Shown: piece by piece, positions 8,525-16,243 of the stretch
Layout: the number at the start of each line of letters is the position of its first letter
Position numbering within the stretch: the stretch's first letter is position 1
Made by a program: the position numbers and the translations under genes
Origin: Planctomycetota bacterium
GTDB taxonomy: Bacteria; Planctomycetota; SZUA-567; H5-PLA8
Assembly: GCA_015075375.1 (NCBI GenBank)
Contig: JABTUM010000002.1
Coordinates: 16,306-80,305, forward strand
Length of the DNA stretch: 64,000 bases
Direction of reading: 5' to 3'
Notes under the pieces: model-generated
Databases searched by the model: none
What the model saw: only the letters and a program-made list of their open reading frames with translations
Told to the model about the DNA's origin: nothing

Positions 8525-8899
8525 ATGGAGACTAAAATAATGTTCAATTCTAAATTACAGAGCATACTTAGTACAATTGGACAGGCTGCCGCCGAGGTCG
8601 AGTGTCTATTCGAAGGCAATCGCGAATTTATTAGTCTTTCGCGCGTTCACGCAGGAAGGATGTTGGCATTCAAAGAAAATTTCCCATATTTTGCCGACCA
8701 GGACTATATATATAGAGTGGTTAGATTGCGAGTTGAATCAAAGCTTATCGATGATGACCACGACTTTTCGAATTCAGATTTTATGGGAATGCAAAGTATA
8801 TATTTGCCTAGTGAAGAAGCGGTGGAGTTTATTTTCTCATTGTGGAAATTCTCTTCTGATTTACTTGATGAGCCTAGAAATACAGATGTCCCCATTTAG
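8525..8899 (+). CDS. Hypothetical protein (AT-rich orphan ORF, cassette B)
   Basis: 124-aa ORF. An alternative ATG at 8540 has GGAG 9 nt upstream. I counted 17 G+C in the 60 nt at 8521-8580, against 39 of 60 in the repeat segment 9061-9120. No family recognised. Confidence 0.6.
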   Translation: METKIMFNSKLQSILSTIGQAAAEVECLFEGNREFISLSRVHAGRMLAFKENFPYFADQDYIYRVVRLRVESKLIDDDHDFSNSDFMGMQSIYLPSEEAVEFIFSLWKFSSDLLDEPRNTDVPI

Positions 8900-8903
8900 C
8901 TGT

Positions 8904-9285
8904 CGTCCTACGCAAACCCTCATCGCGTGGCGGAGCAGGGGATGAAGGAGCCGTCGAAGAAAAGGAGAATAGGCGGGTGGCAGAGGGCGAGCCCGTGGCG
9001 GTGGACGAAGGGGTGGAGGCTTGAGAGTGGTCGGTCGGTGAGGCGCTCGGTGTTCTTCGGGTCGGGGTGGCTGTATGTCGCCCTTCAGGGCTCCTGATGG
9101 AGAGGGGTGCTTGGGTCGAGGGGCTCGCGCCCCTCGCTGGTATATCGCCCTGCTGAAATCTGGGGCTGGGGCGCGCGCCCGTGGCGGTGGATGATGGGCG
9201 CTAGGTTTTGAGCGTGCGCGGTCGGTGAGGCGCGGAGCAAGCTCACGGTGCTTGCTCCGCGGCACCCGGTCCCGGCCACCCGCCA
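8904..9285. repeat. GC-rich composite repeat, copy R2
   Basis: Starts 4 nt after the cassette B stop. It contains two ~65-bp direct sub-repeats (about 8985-9046 and 9168-9233), a 7-bp-stem hairpin at 9117-9136 and a 12-bp-stem hairpin at 9231-9261. Confidence 0.9.
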
Positions 9286-9332
9286 GAAGAGTTTGGAGTG
9301 GATGTCATGAAGATAATGGTTGGAGGCAAACC

Positions 9333-9614
9333 ATGACGAAAGAAGAAGCCACCGCCCTTGCCCTTGCTGCGTTGGCAAGAGCAGGGATTGATCATGGTCA
9401 GTTGATGGAAGTCATTTTTTTATCGGCCGAAGAGAGGCAAAGAGCATACAGAGTTGCTGGTATTCGCGTTGATAAAGAAGTTCCAGATATATGGTCCGTT
9501 CACTTTAGTCCCTCCCCCTCGGATCCGCCTGCTACGGATTCGATGTTGATAATACATGTGGATCCTAGGGGAAAGACATACCTTTTCGATCTAGGAGGCC
9601 AGCGGGAGATTTAG
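9333..9614 (+). CDS. Hypothetical protein (AT-rich orphan ORF, cassette C), weak NTF2-fold/immunity-like pattern
   Basis: ATG at 9333 with GGAGG 6 nt upstream (inside ORF 9225..9614). Sequence: MTKEEATALALAALARAGIDHGQLMEVIF...WSVHF...LIIHVDPRGKTYLFDLG. Confidence 0.6.
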   Translation: MTKEEATALALAALARAGIDHGQLMEVIFLSAEERQRAYRVAGIRVDKEVPDIWSVHFSPSPSDPPATDSMLIIHVDPRGKTYLFDLGGQREI

Positions 9615-9631
9615 TGCAGGGAATTTCTTCC

Positions 9632-10014
9632 CGTCCTCCCCACAGACTCATCGCGTGGCGGAACAGGGGATGAAGGAGCCGTCGAAGAAGAAGTAGAATA
9701 GGCGGGCAGCAGAGGGCGAGCGCGTGGCGATGGACGAAGGGGTGGAGGCTTGCGCGTGCGCGGTTGGTGAGGCGCTCGGTGTTCTTCGGGTCGGGGTGGC
9801 TTTAGGTCGCCCATTCAGGGCTCCTGATGGAGAGGGGTGCTTGGGTCGAGGGGCTCGCGCCCCTCGCTTTAGTATGTCGCCCCTGCGGGGCTTCGGGCAA
9901 GGGCGAGCGCGTGGCGGTGGACGATGGGCGCTAGGTTTGAGCGTGCGCGGCCGGTGAGGCACGGAGCAAGCTCACGGCGCTTGCTCCGCGGCACCCGGTC
10001 CCGGCCACCCGCCA
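9632..10014. repeat. GC-rich composite repeat, copy R3
   Basis: Starts 17 nt after the cassette C stop and is collinear with R2, including both hairpins. It runs into the heptamer tandem array. Confidence 0.9.
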
Positions 10015-10067
10015 CCCGCCACCCGCCACCCGCCACCGGCCACACGCCACCGGCCACACGCCACCGG
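10005..10067. repeat. Tandem 7-bp repeat (9 units: CCACCCG x4, then CCACCGG/CCACACG alternating)
   Basis: Counted directly. R1 and R2 have a single unit at the equivalent position. The minus strand reads GGGTGGCGGGTGGCGGGTGGCGGG, a G3N4G3N4G3N4G3 motif. The array ends 46 nt before the kinase ATG. Confidence 0.9.
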
Positions 10068-10113
10068 CGGAACGCTTTTTGAAAAAGGGGCAAGGAGCCC
10101 TACGCTGGCCGGT

Positions 10114-12690
10114 ATGGATTCGCGCAACCGACTGCATCCCGTGCTACGTTTCAGCGCCTTCTTGTTCTCCGCGCTCTTTGTGTTGCTTAGTTTGGGTTTA
10201 TCGCTTCAATTAAACGTACATTCGGTGGCGTGGCTGCTGGCGTTGTATGTTTCGGCCGGGCTTTTTATCTCGGCCTTGCGCGGCTTGCGGGCTTCGCCCA
10301 TCCGGGGCGCTTACTGCTTCTACCTCGGGATGCTGGTCCTGTATCTGTTTTGCGTCTGGTTGCTACATTTCAGCGTGCCGGGTCCGTATCCGGACCTTGC
10401 GAAAGGCCATGCCGCGGGATGGGCGCTGGTCTTTTACCCGGGGGTGATTTGCATCCCGATTTCGCACTATCATTTTGCGCGCCAATTTTCCGAATCGAAA
10501 TCCAAGGTGCTCTTATGGATCGAGTACCTCGGTTGGGCGGGTACGGCTCTGTTCATGGGGATGCTATTCACGGGGCATTGGGTCAGCGACTATTTCTGGG
10601 CGAAGTACACTTGGGTGCCCAACCTCGATCAAGGGTATGGGCAGTTTTTCTATTTCACGAGCTTCTACCTGACCCTGAGCGTCGCGGTACCGCTGTACCA
10701 GATTTTCATCACGCCCAACCGCAAGCGCCGGCTCCAGCTCATTTATTACGTGGTGGGGGCCGCGCCGGTCTGGTTCATGTGCTGGATTAATTTCCTGATC
10801 AGCTTTGGGCTGGATTTGTATCCGGCGGGCGGGGCATTTTTCATCCTGCACGCGGTCATCATTTCGTATGCGGTTTATAAGCATAAACTGTTCGACGTAT
10901 CCATCGTGATTCGAAAAGGGCTTGCTTATGCGGGCGTCTCGCTTTGCTTGGGCATGCTGTACGGCCTGCTCTTGTGTATCCCGATTTTTACAAACCGCTC
11001 CGGCTTGTCCGATTTCGAGGTGCTTCCCAGCATTCTGTTTGTGGTGGTGGCGGGGTTCCTCGCCGCGCCGCTGCTAGACCTCATCCAGGGTATGGTGGAC
11101 CGGCTGTTTTTCCGCGAGTGGGTCGACCGGCAGGCGATCATGAGCGAATTTGCCCGCCAAGCGTCGGTTACGCTGGATCTATCCGCGGTCGCCCGGCTGC
11201 TGTGCCACGCCGTCGGCCGAGGACTCAAAACCGCTCACGTGAAGCTGTATCTTTGCGACGCGCTTGGTTCGCAACCGGCGCTTTACGGGCAGTTGAACGG
11301 CGAGTTTCGTCCGGCTCCGTGGCCCGAAGGCGTACCGTTGGCGCCCGACGTCTGGAAAACCGCCGGCGCAAGCGCGGCGCCCTACCTGGTTCGTCCTCCG
11401 GCGGCCGAGGGGTCGCCGCCGATTCAGTTCGGGACGCCGGAGAGCGCTCTGGCGATTCCGATTTACTTCCGGCAGGACCTTCTGGGTGTGTTGATGGCCG
11501 ATCCGAAGCGCGCGGACGATCCCTATGAGGAAGGGGAGATGCGTTGGGCCGAGGCGATGGCCGCGCAGGCCGCTCTGGCGCTGGGGAATGCGCGCTCGGT
11601 GGAAGATCTCAAGACGCTGCAAGCGCTGCAGCAGCGGATATTCGATTCGTTGACGGCGGGCGTTATTCTCATGGATGAAACGGGTTTGATTTTGCAGGCC
11701 AATCCGTCGGCGTTGAGATTACTTACCGATTCTGGCGCGCAGCAGGCGGCGGGGCTACGTATGGGTGCGCTTGCGTGCGGTCCGTCCAGCCTGGCGGAGG
11801 TGCTGCTGGCCTTCGCTCAACCGGGCCGGAAGCTCACCAACCAGGAGGTTCAGATCGGCGTGCCTCGGCACGCGGATCTGCTGGTGAGTCTTCGGGCCAT
11901 CGATGCGCGGTCCGATAAGCAGGTTTTTCTCGCCATTTTTCATGACATTACGGAACATAAACAGATGGAGGCTTTGACCCGGAAACAAGACAGTCTTGCC
12001 AAGGTCGGCGAGATGATTGCCAGCATCAATCACGAGATCAAAAATCTGGTCCAGCCGATCCAGTATCAGGTCAACGTGCTTTCTGAGGATGCGTTCGACA
12101 AGCCCGACCATCGCCGGTTCTACGGCGTGATCAAGGCCCGTTTGGCGGCCATCCAGCATCTATTGGCCAACCTGCGGGATTTGGCACGGCCCATGGAACT
12201 GCGCAAGCAGCGGATCGATCTTTCGAAGCTTGCGCTCTCGGTTTGGCGAGAATTCGAGCAGCATGAGAACTTCGCGCGCATTCGGTTTACTTCCGCGTTC
12301 GCGCCAGAGGCGCAATTCGTCCACGCGGATGGCCAATTGCTCATGCAGGTTCTCTACAATTTAATAAAGAACGCGGTGGAAACGGTGGGCGAGGTTTCTG
12401 CTCCTGCCATTCGGGTGCATACCGGATTGCAGGGCCGCCAAGTGCTGCTAGCCGTGGAGGATAACGGTCCAGGCATCGAAGCGTCTTCCATGGCGCGGCT
12501 ATTCGAACCGTTCTTTTCCACCAAGCGGGGCTCGGGTACGGGTTTGGGGCTTTCGATCTGCAGGAAGATTATCGAGTCCCACGGCGGAACGTTGACGGCC
12601 GCGAATGGCCCTGGGGGCGGAGCTGTCTTTGTCGTTGCGCTGGATGCGCAGAGGGAAGCGGCTCTAAATGAGGTTCACACGGCGGGTTAA
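10114..12690 (+). CDS. Sensor histidine kinase (polytopic N-terminal membrane domain, GAF-like and PAS regions, HisKA, HATPase_c)
   Basis: 858 aa. About 300 aa of TM segments, then the H-box SINHEIKNLVQPI, N-box NLIKNAVE, and G-boxes DNGPGI and GSGTGLGLSICRKI. Confidence 0.9.
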   Translation: MDSRNRLHPVLRFSAFLFSALFVLLSLGLSLQLNVHSVAWLLALYVSAGLFISALRGLRASPIRGAYCFYLGMLVLYLFCVWLLHFSVPGPYPDLAKGHAAGWALVFYPGVICIPISHYHFARQFSESKSKVLLWIEYLGWAGTALFMGMLFTGHWVSDYFWAKYTWVPNLDQGYGQFFYFTSFYLTLSVAVPLYQIFITPNRKRRLQLIYYVVGAAPVWFMCWINFLISFGLDLYPAGGAFFILHAVIISYAVYKHKLFDVSIVIRKGLAYAGVSLCLGMLYGLLLCIPIFTNRSGLSDFEVLPSILFVVVAGFLAAPLLDLIQGMVDRLFFREWVDRQAIMSEFARQASVTLDLSAVARLLCHAVGRGLKTAHVKLYLCDALGSQPALYGQLNGEFRPAPWPEGVPLAPDVWKTAGASAAPYLVRPPAAEGSPPIQFGTPESALAIPIYFRQDLLGVLMADPKRADDPYEEGEMRWAEAMAAQAALALGNARSVEDLKTLQALQQRIFDSLTAGVILMDETGLILQANPSALRLLTDSGAQQAAGLRMGALACGPSSLAEVLLAFAQPGRKLTNQEVQIGVPRHADLLVSLRAIDARSDKQVFLAIFHDITEHKQMEALTRKQDSLAKVGEMIASINHEIKNLVQPIQYQVNVLSEDAFDKPDHRRFYGVIKARLAAIQHLLANLRDLARPMELRKQRIDLSKLALSVWREFEQHENFARIRFTSAFAPEAQFVHADGQLLMQVLYNLIKNAVETVGEVSAPAIRVHTGLQGRQVLLAVEDNGPGIEASSMARLFEPFFSTKRGSGTGLGLSICRKIIESHGGTLTAANGPGGGAVFVVALDAQREAALNEVHTAG

Positions 12691-12786
12691 CGATGAATGA
12701 GCCTACATGCCGAGAAGCTCGGTGACGGATTAAGGCGTACGCTTAGGCACCCCAATCCGCATCCCGCGCGAACGCGATTGGGAGGA

Positions 12787-14196
12787 TCAATCGATCGCGG
12801 ATGCTTCGTCTTCGTCCGCGTCTTCCACGCTGAATCTGGAAAGTCCGAAGCTTCGAATTCTGGTTCGAACGGTATTGCGATGGCATTTCAGGATTCGTGC
12901 CGCTCGGGAATGGTTTCCGTTGGCCAGGCGCAAGGCCTTGATCAGATCCCTTTTTTGAGCCCTTTCTTTCTGCGAAAGATTTCCGGTGGCGGGCTCGGCA
13001 CCGCAGGCCAGCAGATCGAGGGGTATAGAGGATTCTTCGATAACCGTCTGGCTCGGGTCGAGGAGCATGATGATGCCTTCGAGCAGGTTTTTGAGTTCCC
13101 GCACGTTTCCGGGCCAATCGTACGCTTTGAACAGTTGGAGCACTTCTTCGCTGGGCACGACGGGGGAGCGCCCCATTTCGCTCGAAAGGCGTTCGCAATA
13201 GTGCGCGACGAGATAGGGAATATCTTCGGCTCGCGAGGCGAGGGGCGGGATTTCGATGGTCGCGACCCGAATGCGGTAGTAGAGGTCTTCGCGGAAGCGC
13301 CCCCGGCTAACCTCTTCGCGCAGGTCTCGGTTCGTGGCCAGGAGGATTCGCGCCGCGCATTCGCGCTCTTGGGTTTCGCCGATCCTGGTAAAAGTTTTGT
13401 ACTCCAGAACGCGGAGGAGCGCCGCCTGCTGTGCGAGCGGCATTTCGCCGATCTCATCCAGGAAAACCGTGCCTGATCCGGCGGCTTCAAATTTTCCGCG
13501 CGCGTTCTCGATGGCTCCGGTGAAGGCGCCCTTACGATGCCCAAAGAGGGTCGATTCCACCAGGGAATCCGGAATGGCCGCGCAATTCACGACGACAAAG
13601 GGCTGGTCTCGCCGCTTGCCTTCGAAGTGAATCGCGCGAGCGACCAGTTCTTTGCCGGTGCCGCTTGCGCCTTCCACCAGCACGCAGCCGTCCAGATCCG
13701 CCACGCGCGAAATGGTATTGCGCACCGCGTTCATCGAAGCGCTTGGACCAATCAAGCTGGACACGCTGTGCTTTCCGGAAAGTTCGCGGACGAGCAGGTC
13801 GTGGGCGTTCCTCAGGCGTTGCAGTTGCAGGGCTTTCGCAATGCGGTTGGCGAGTTCCGCGGGGGAGAAGGGCTTGGCGACGAAGTCGTAGGCGCCCCAC
13901 TTGATGGCTTCCACGATCTGCGTGACGTTTTCGGTTTGGCTGCTTAGGACGACGATCTCCGTGCCGGGCCGTTCCTGGCGGATGCGGCGCAGGAGTGCGA
14001 GATCCTGGGCGTCGGGGAATTTCAGGTCCAGCAGGACCAAATTTACGGGCTGCGCACTGATCGTTTCCCACGTCTCTTTCGCGGTCTTCGAGTACAAGAC
14101 GTTGTATTCGGGATTCTTGCCCAGCAGGTCGCCGAGGTCGTCGCGAATGAAGTCGTCGTCGTCCGCGACTAAAATCGTGCAGGACGGCTTCGGCAT
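12787..14196 (-). CDS. Sigma-54-dependent response regulator (NtrC family: REC, AAA+, Fis-type HTH)
   Basis: N-terminal receiver (ILVADDDD.., LLDLKFPD), Walker A GASGTGKE, the sigma-54 contact loop GAFTGA (ESTLFGHRKGAFTGA), and C-terminal GNHSRAARILKCHRNTVRTRI. Confidence 0.9.
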   Translation of the reverse strand: MPKPSCTILVADDDDFIRDDLGDLLGKNPEYNVLYSKTAKETWETISAQPVNLVLLDLKFPDAQDLALLRRIRQERPGTEIVVLSSQTENVTQIVEAIKWGAYDFVAKPFSPAELANRIAKALQLQRLRNAHDLLVRELSGKHSVSSLIGPSASMNAVRNTISRVADLDGCVLVEGASGTGKELVARAIHFEGKRRDQPFVVVNCAAIPDSLVESTLFGHRKGAFTGAIENARGKFEAAGSGTVFLDEIGEMPLAQQAALLRVLEYKTFTRIGETQERECAARILLATNRDLREEVSRGRFREDLYYRIRVATIEIPPLASRAEDIPYLVAHYCERLSSEMGRSPVVPSEEVLQLFKAYDWPGNVRELKNLLEGIIMLLDPSQTVIEESSIPLDLLACGAEPATGNLSQKERAQKRDLIKALRLANGNHSRAARILKCHRNTVRTRIRSFGLSRFSVEDADEDEASAID

Positions 14197-14588
14197 GGTG
14201 GCGATCCCTCGGGCGCTTGCTTCACTGTAGCAGCTTTCCGCGGCAGAGGGTATAGGACAGAAGGCGCGCGGCAGCGGGCTGCGATTAGGTACGGGGAGGC
14301 TGGAAATGCCGATGGCTTTCCAGGGCGGCCTTGCCTTGGGTTAACGCGGGTTGTGCTTTCGGCACAAGGGTCGAAGACGGCTTGTCGGTTGAGGGGCAAG
14401 GGTGGAGGGTTGGAAAGGGAGTGGGGCGGGCGCGAGCGGAATGTTGGCTAAGGTTGGTGTGTGGGAGTACCGGCAGAGAGTAAGGTTGGTGTAGGCGGGG
14501 GTGGTGAGGCGCGGCGCAGGTTCAGCGCTTGCTTCGTAGCGCGGCGGCATTCCGGGCAGCGTCCGGTTGAATTCAGGGGTTTCTGCGC

Positions 14589-14894
14589 ATGATCACGTGT
14601 CATCTTCGTTATGTCCTCGATCCGGCCAAGCTCAAGGAGTTCGAGCACTACGGCAGAACCTGGATTCGGCTCGTGACAAAATTCGGCGGCATCCACCACG
14701 GCTACTTGCTTCCTTCGGAGGGCGCCAACAACATCGCGCTGGCGTCCTTCTCGTTCCCCTCGCTCGCGGCCTACGAGGACTACCGAACGAAGTCGTTCAA
14801 CGATCCCGAATGCCAAGCGGCCTTCCGGTACGCCGAGGAAACCCGTTGCATCCTCAGCTATGAGCGGACCTTCTTCCGGCCGGTATTCGAGTGA
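14589..14894 (+). CDS. NIPSNAP family protein
   Basis: 101 aa. The YVLDPAKLKEFEHYGRTWIRLVTKFGG.HHGYLLP..G..NIALASFSFPSLAAYEDYR pattern is typical of the NIPSNAP dimeric alpha-beta barrel. Confidence 0.7.
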   Translation: MITCHLRYVLDPAKLKEFEHYGRTWIRLVTKFGGIHHGYLLPSEGANNIALASFSFPSLAAYEDYRTKSFNDPECQAAFRYAEETRCILSYERTFFRPVFE

Positions 14895-15176
14895 TCTTGG
14901 CGATCGGCGGGCAGGGTCCGTTCAAGGGAAATCCGGCGGCGCGTTTCCGTTCGAAGAGGTCGGTTGGGGCGATGGAACGCTCTTGCTGCGCTTTTCGGCA
15001 TGGAATCCGCCGAAGAAAACCGGGCTCGTGTGTTTAATCGGGACTACTTTCGCGTGAGGATTTGCGCGCGTGCGTGAGGCGGCGGGGTCGAACGCGTTGC
15101 GCGGCGGGCGGGGTTGAGGTAGAGCGCAAGGCTGCATCGACCGCGCTTGGGCGGAACGGCGCACGAGGAGACGGGC

Positions 15177-15971
15177 ATGCCGAAGATCGGTTTGCGCGAG
15201 GGGATGCTGACGAAGCGCGGTGCGGATTTCGTGGACGAGGCGGCGGAGCTGGGGAGCGGGGTGGTGGAGGCGCTGCTGCGGCCGGGCGAGGAGTCCGGGG
15301 CTTGGGGCGGATCGGAGGGGCGCTTGGCGTACCGGGAGCGGGCGGCGCGGCGGGGGGTGCCGATCGCGTCGATCTGCCTGGGCTTCTTGAACGCGCTGCC
15401 GCTGGGCGGCCAGGGCGCTCGCGCGGAGCGAGCGTTGGCGTTGCTCGACGCAGGCATCGACTGGGCGGTGGACCTGGGGGCGGAGGCGATTCTGGTTCCG
15501 TTCTTCGGGCTCGCGACGCTGCGCACGCCGGACGATGCGGAGCGGCTGGCCACGCGGATTCGGCGTCTGGCTCCAAAGGCCGAAGCGGCTGGCGTGACGC
15601 TGGGGCTGGAGTCGACGCTGAGCGCGCGCGAGGTGCTGGCGCTTCTGAAGGCTATCGATTCGCCGCGCGTGGGTTGCTACTGGGACACCGGCAACTCGGT
15701 GGCTCAGGGCGCCGATCCGGCGGAGGAGATTCGCCTGCTGGGCGCTCGGATCGTACGCGTGCATCTGAAGGACCGGATGCGTACGGGCGCGGACCGGATG
15801 CTGGGCGAAGGGCAGGTGAACTTTCCGCAGGTTGCGTTCGAACTGCGGCGGTCGGGTTATCGGGGGCCGTTGGTGCTGGAGACGCCGAAGGGTTCGGACG
15901 CGGTGGAGGCGGCGCGTCGGAACCTGGCGTTCGCGCACGGGGTCTTTCAGGCGGAGCGCAGCTTCCTGTAA
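15177..15971 (+). CDS. Sugar phosphate isomerase/epimerase (xylose isomerase-like TIM barrel)
   Basis: ATG at 15177 with AGGAG 8 nt upstream, inside ORF 15147..15971. Motifs: LGLESTL, CYWDTGN, VHLKD. The C-terminus parallels the paralog at 42599..43402. Confidence 0.8.
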   Translation: MPKIGLREGMLTKRGADFVDEAAELGSGVVEALLRPGEESGAWGGSEGRLAYRERAARRGVPIASICLGFLNALPLGGQGARAERALALLDAGIDWAVDLGAEAILVPFFGLATLRTPDDAERLATRIRRLAPKAEAAGVTLGLESTLSAREVLALLKAIDSPRVGCYWDTGNSVAQGADPAEEIRLLGARIVRVHLKDRMRTGADRMLGEGQVNFPQVAFELRRSGYRGPLVLETPKGSDAVEAARRNLAFAHGVFQAERSFL

Positions 15972-16243
15972 GCGAGTGCACAGGTGCCGGGGCTTAGTTG
16001 GCTGTAATTTACAGGGCTGGCTGGGTTTGGCGCGTGGCGCACTGATCTTATAAAATTTTTGCTTCGTGGCGTTTGCGCTATGGATTCTGTAGCTCTGTGC
16101 GGCTTCTTTTCTTTCCACTATTTTCAAGCATCATTCGCCGATCTCCTGTAAATAACGGTTCGGTTAAATGCGCCGCGCGTGTGCGCGTTGGTGTAACAAG
16201 GGTCGGGTAAGGCCTGCGCGAGTCGCAAAAGGGAGAAGCCGCC

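Noticed and set aside
7983-9962. ORFs lying inside the GC-rich repeats (7983..8408, 8026..8379, 8253..8486, 8861..9265, 9085..9378, 9648..9962, 9724..9957, 9869..10093) as real proteins
   Set aside because: Their reading frames are not conserved between repeat copies: R2 has a frameshift and a stop where R1 and R3 are open. The translations are low-complexity Arg/Gly/Pro.
8104-10014. Classical integron attC sites / CALIN
   Set aside because: No intI gene is present. The repeats are several-fold longer than attC sites, and I could not find the R''/R' core sites (RYYYAAC / GTTRRRY) at the cassette boundaries. The analogy is kept only at the organisational level.
8104-10067. CRISPR array interpretation of the repeat/spacer pattern
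   Set aside because: The repeats are ~360-380 bp rather than 24-48 bp, the 'spacers' are 350-440 bp and contain ORFs with RBSs, and no cas genes are present.
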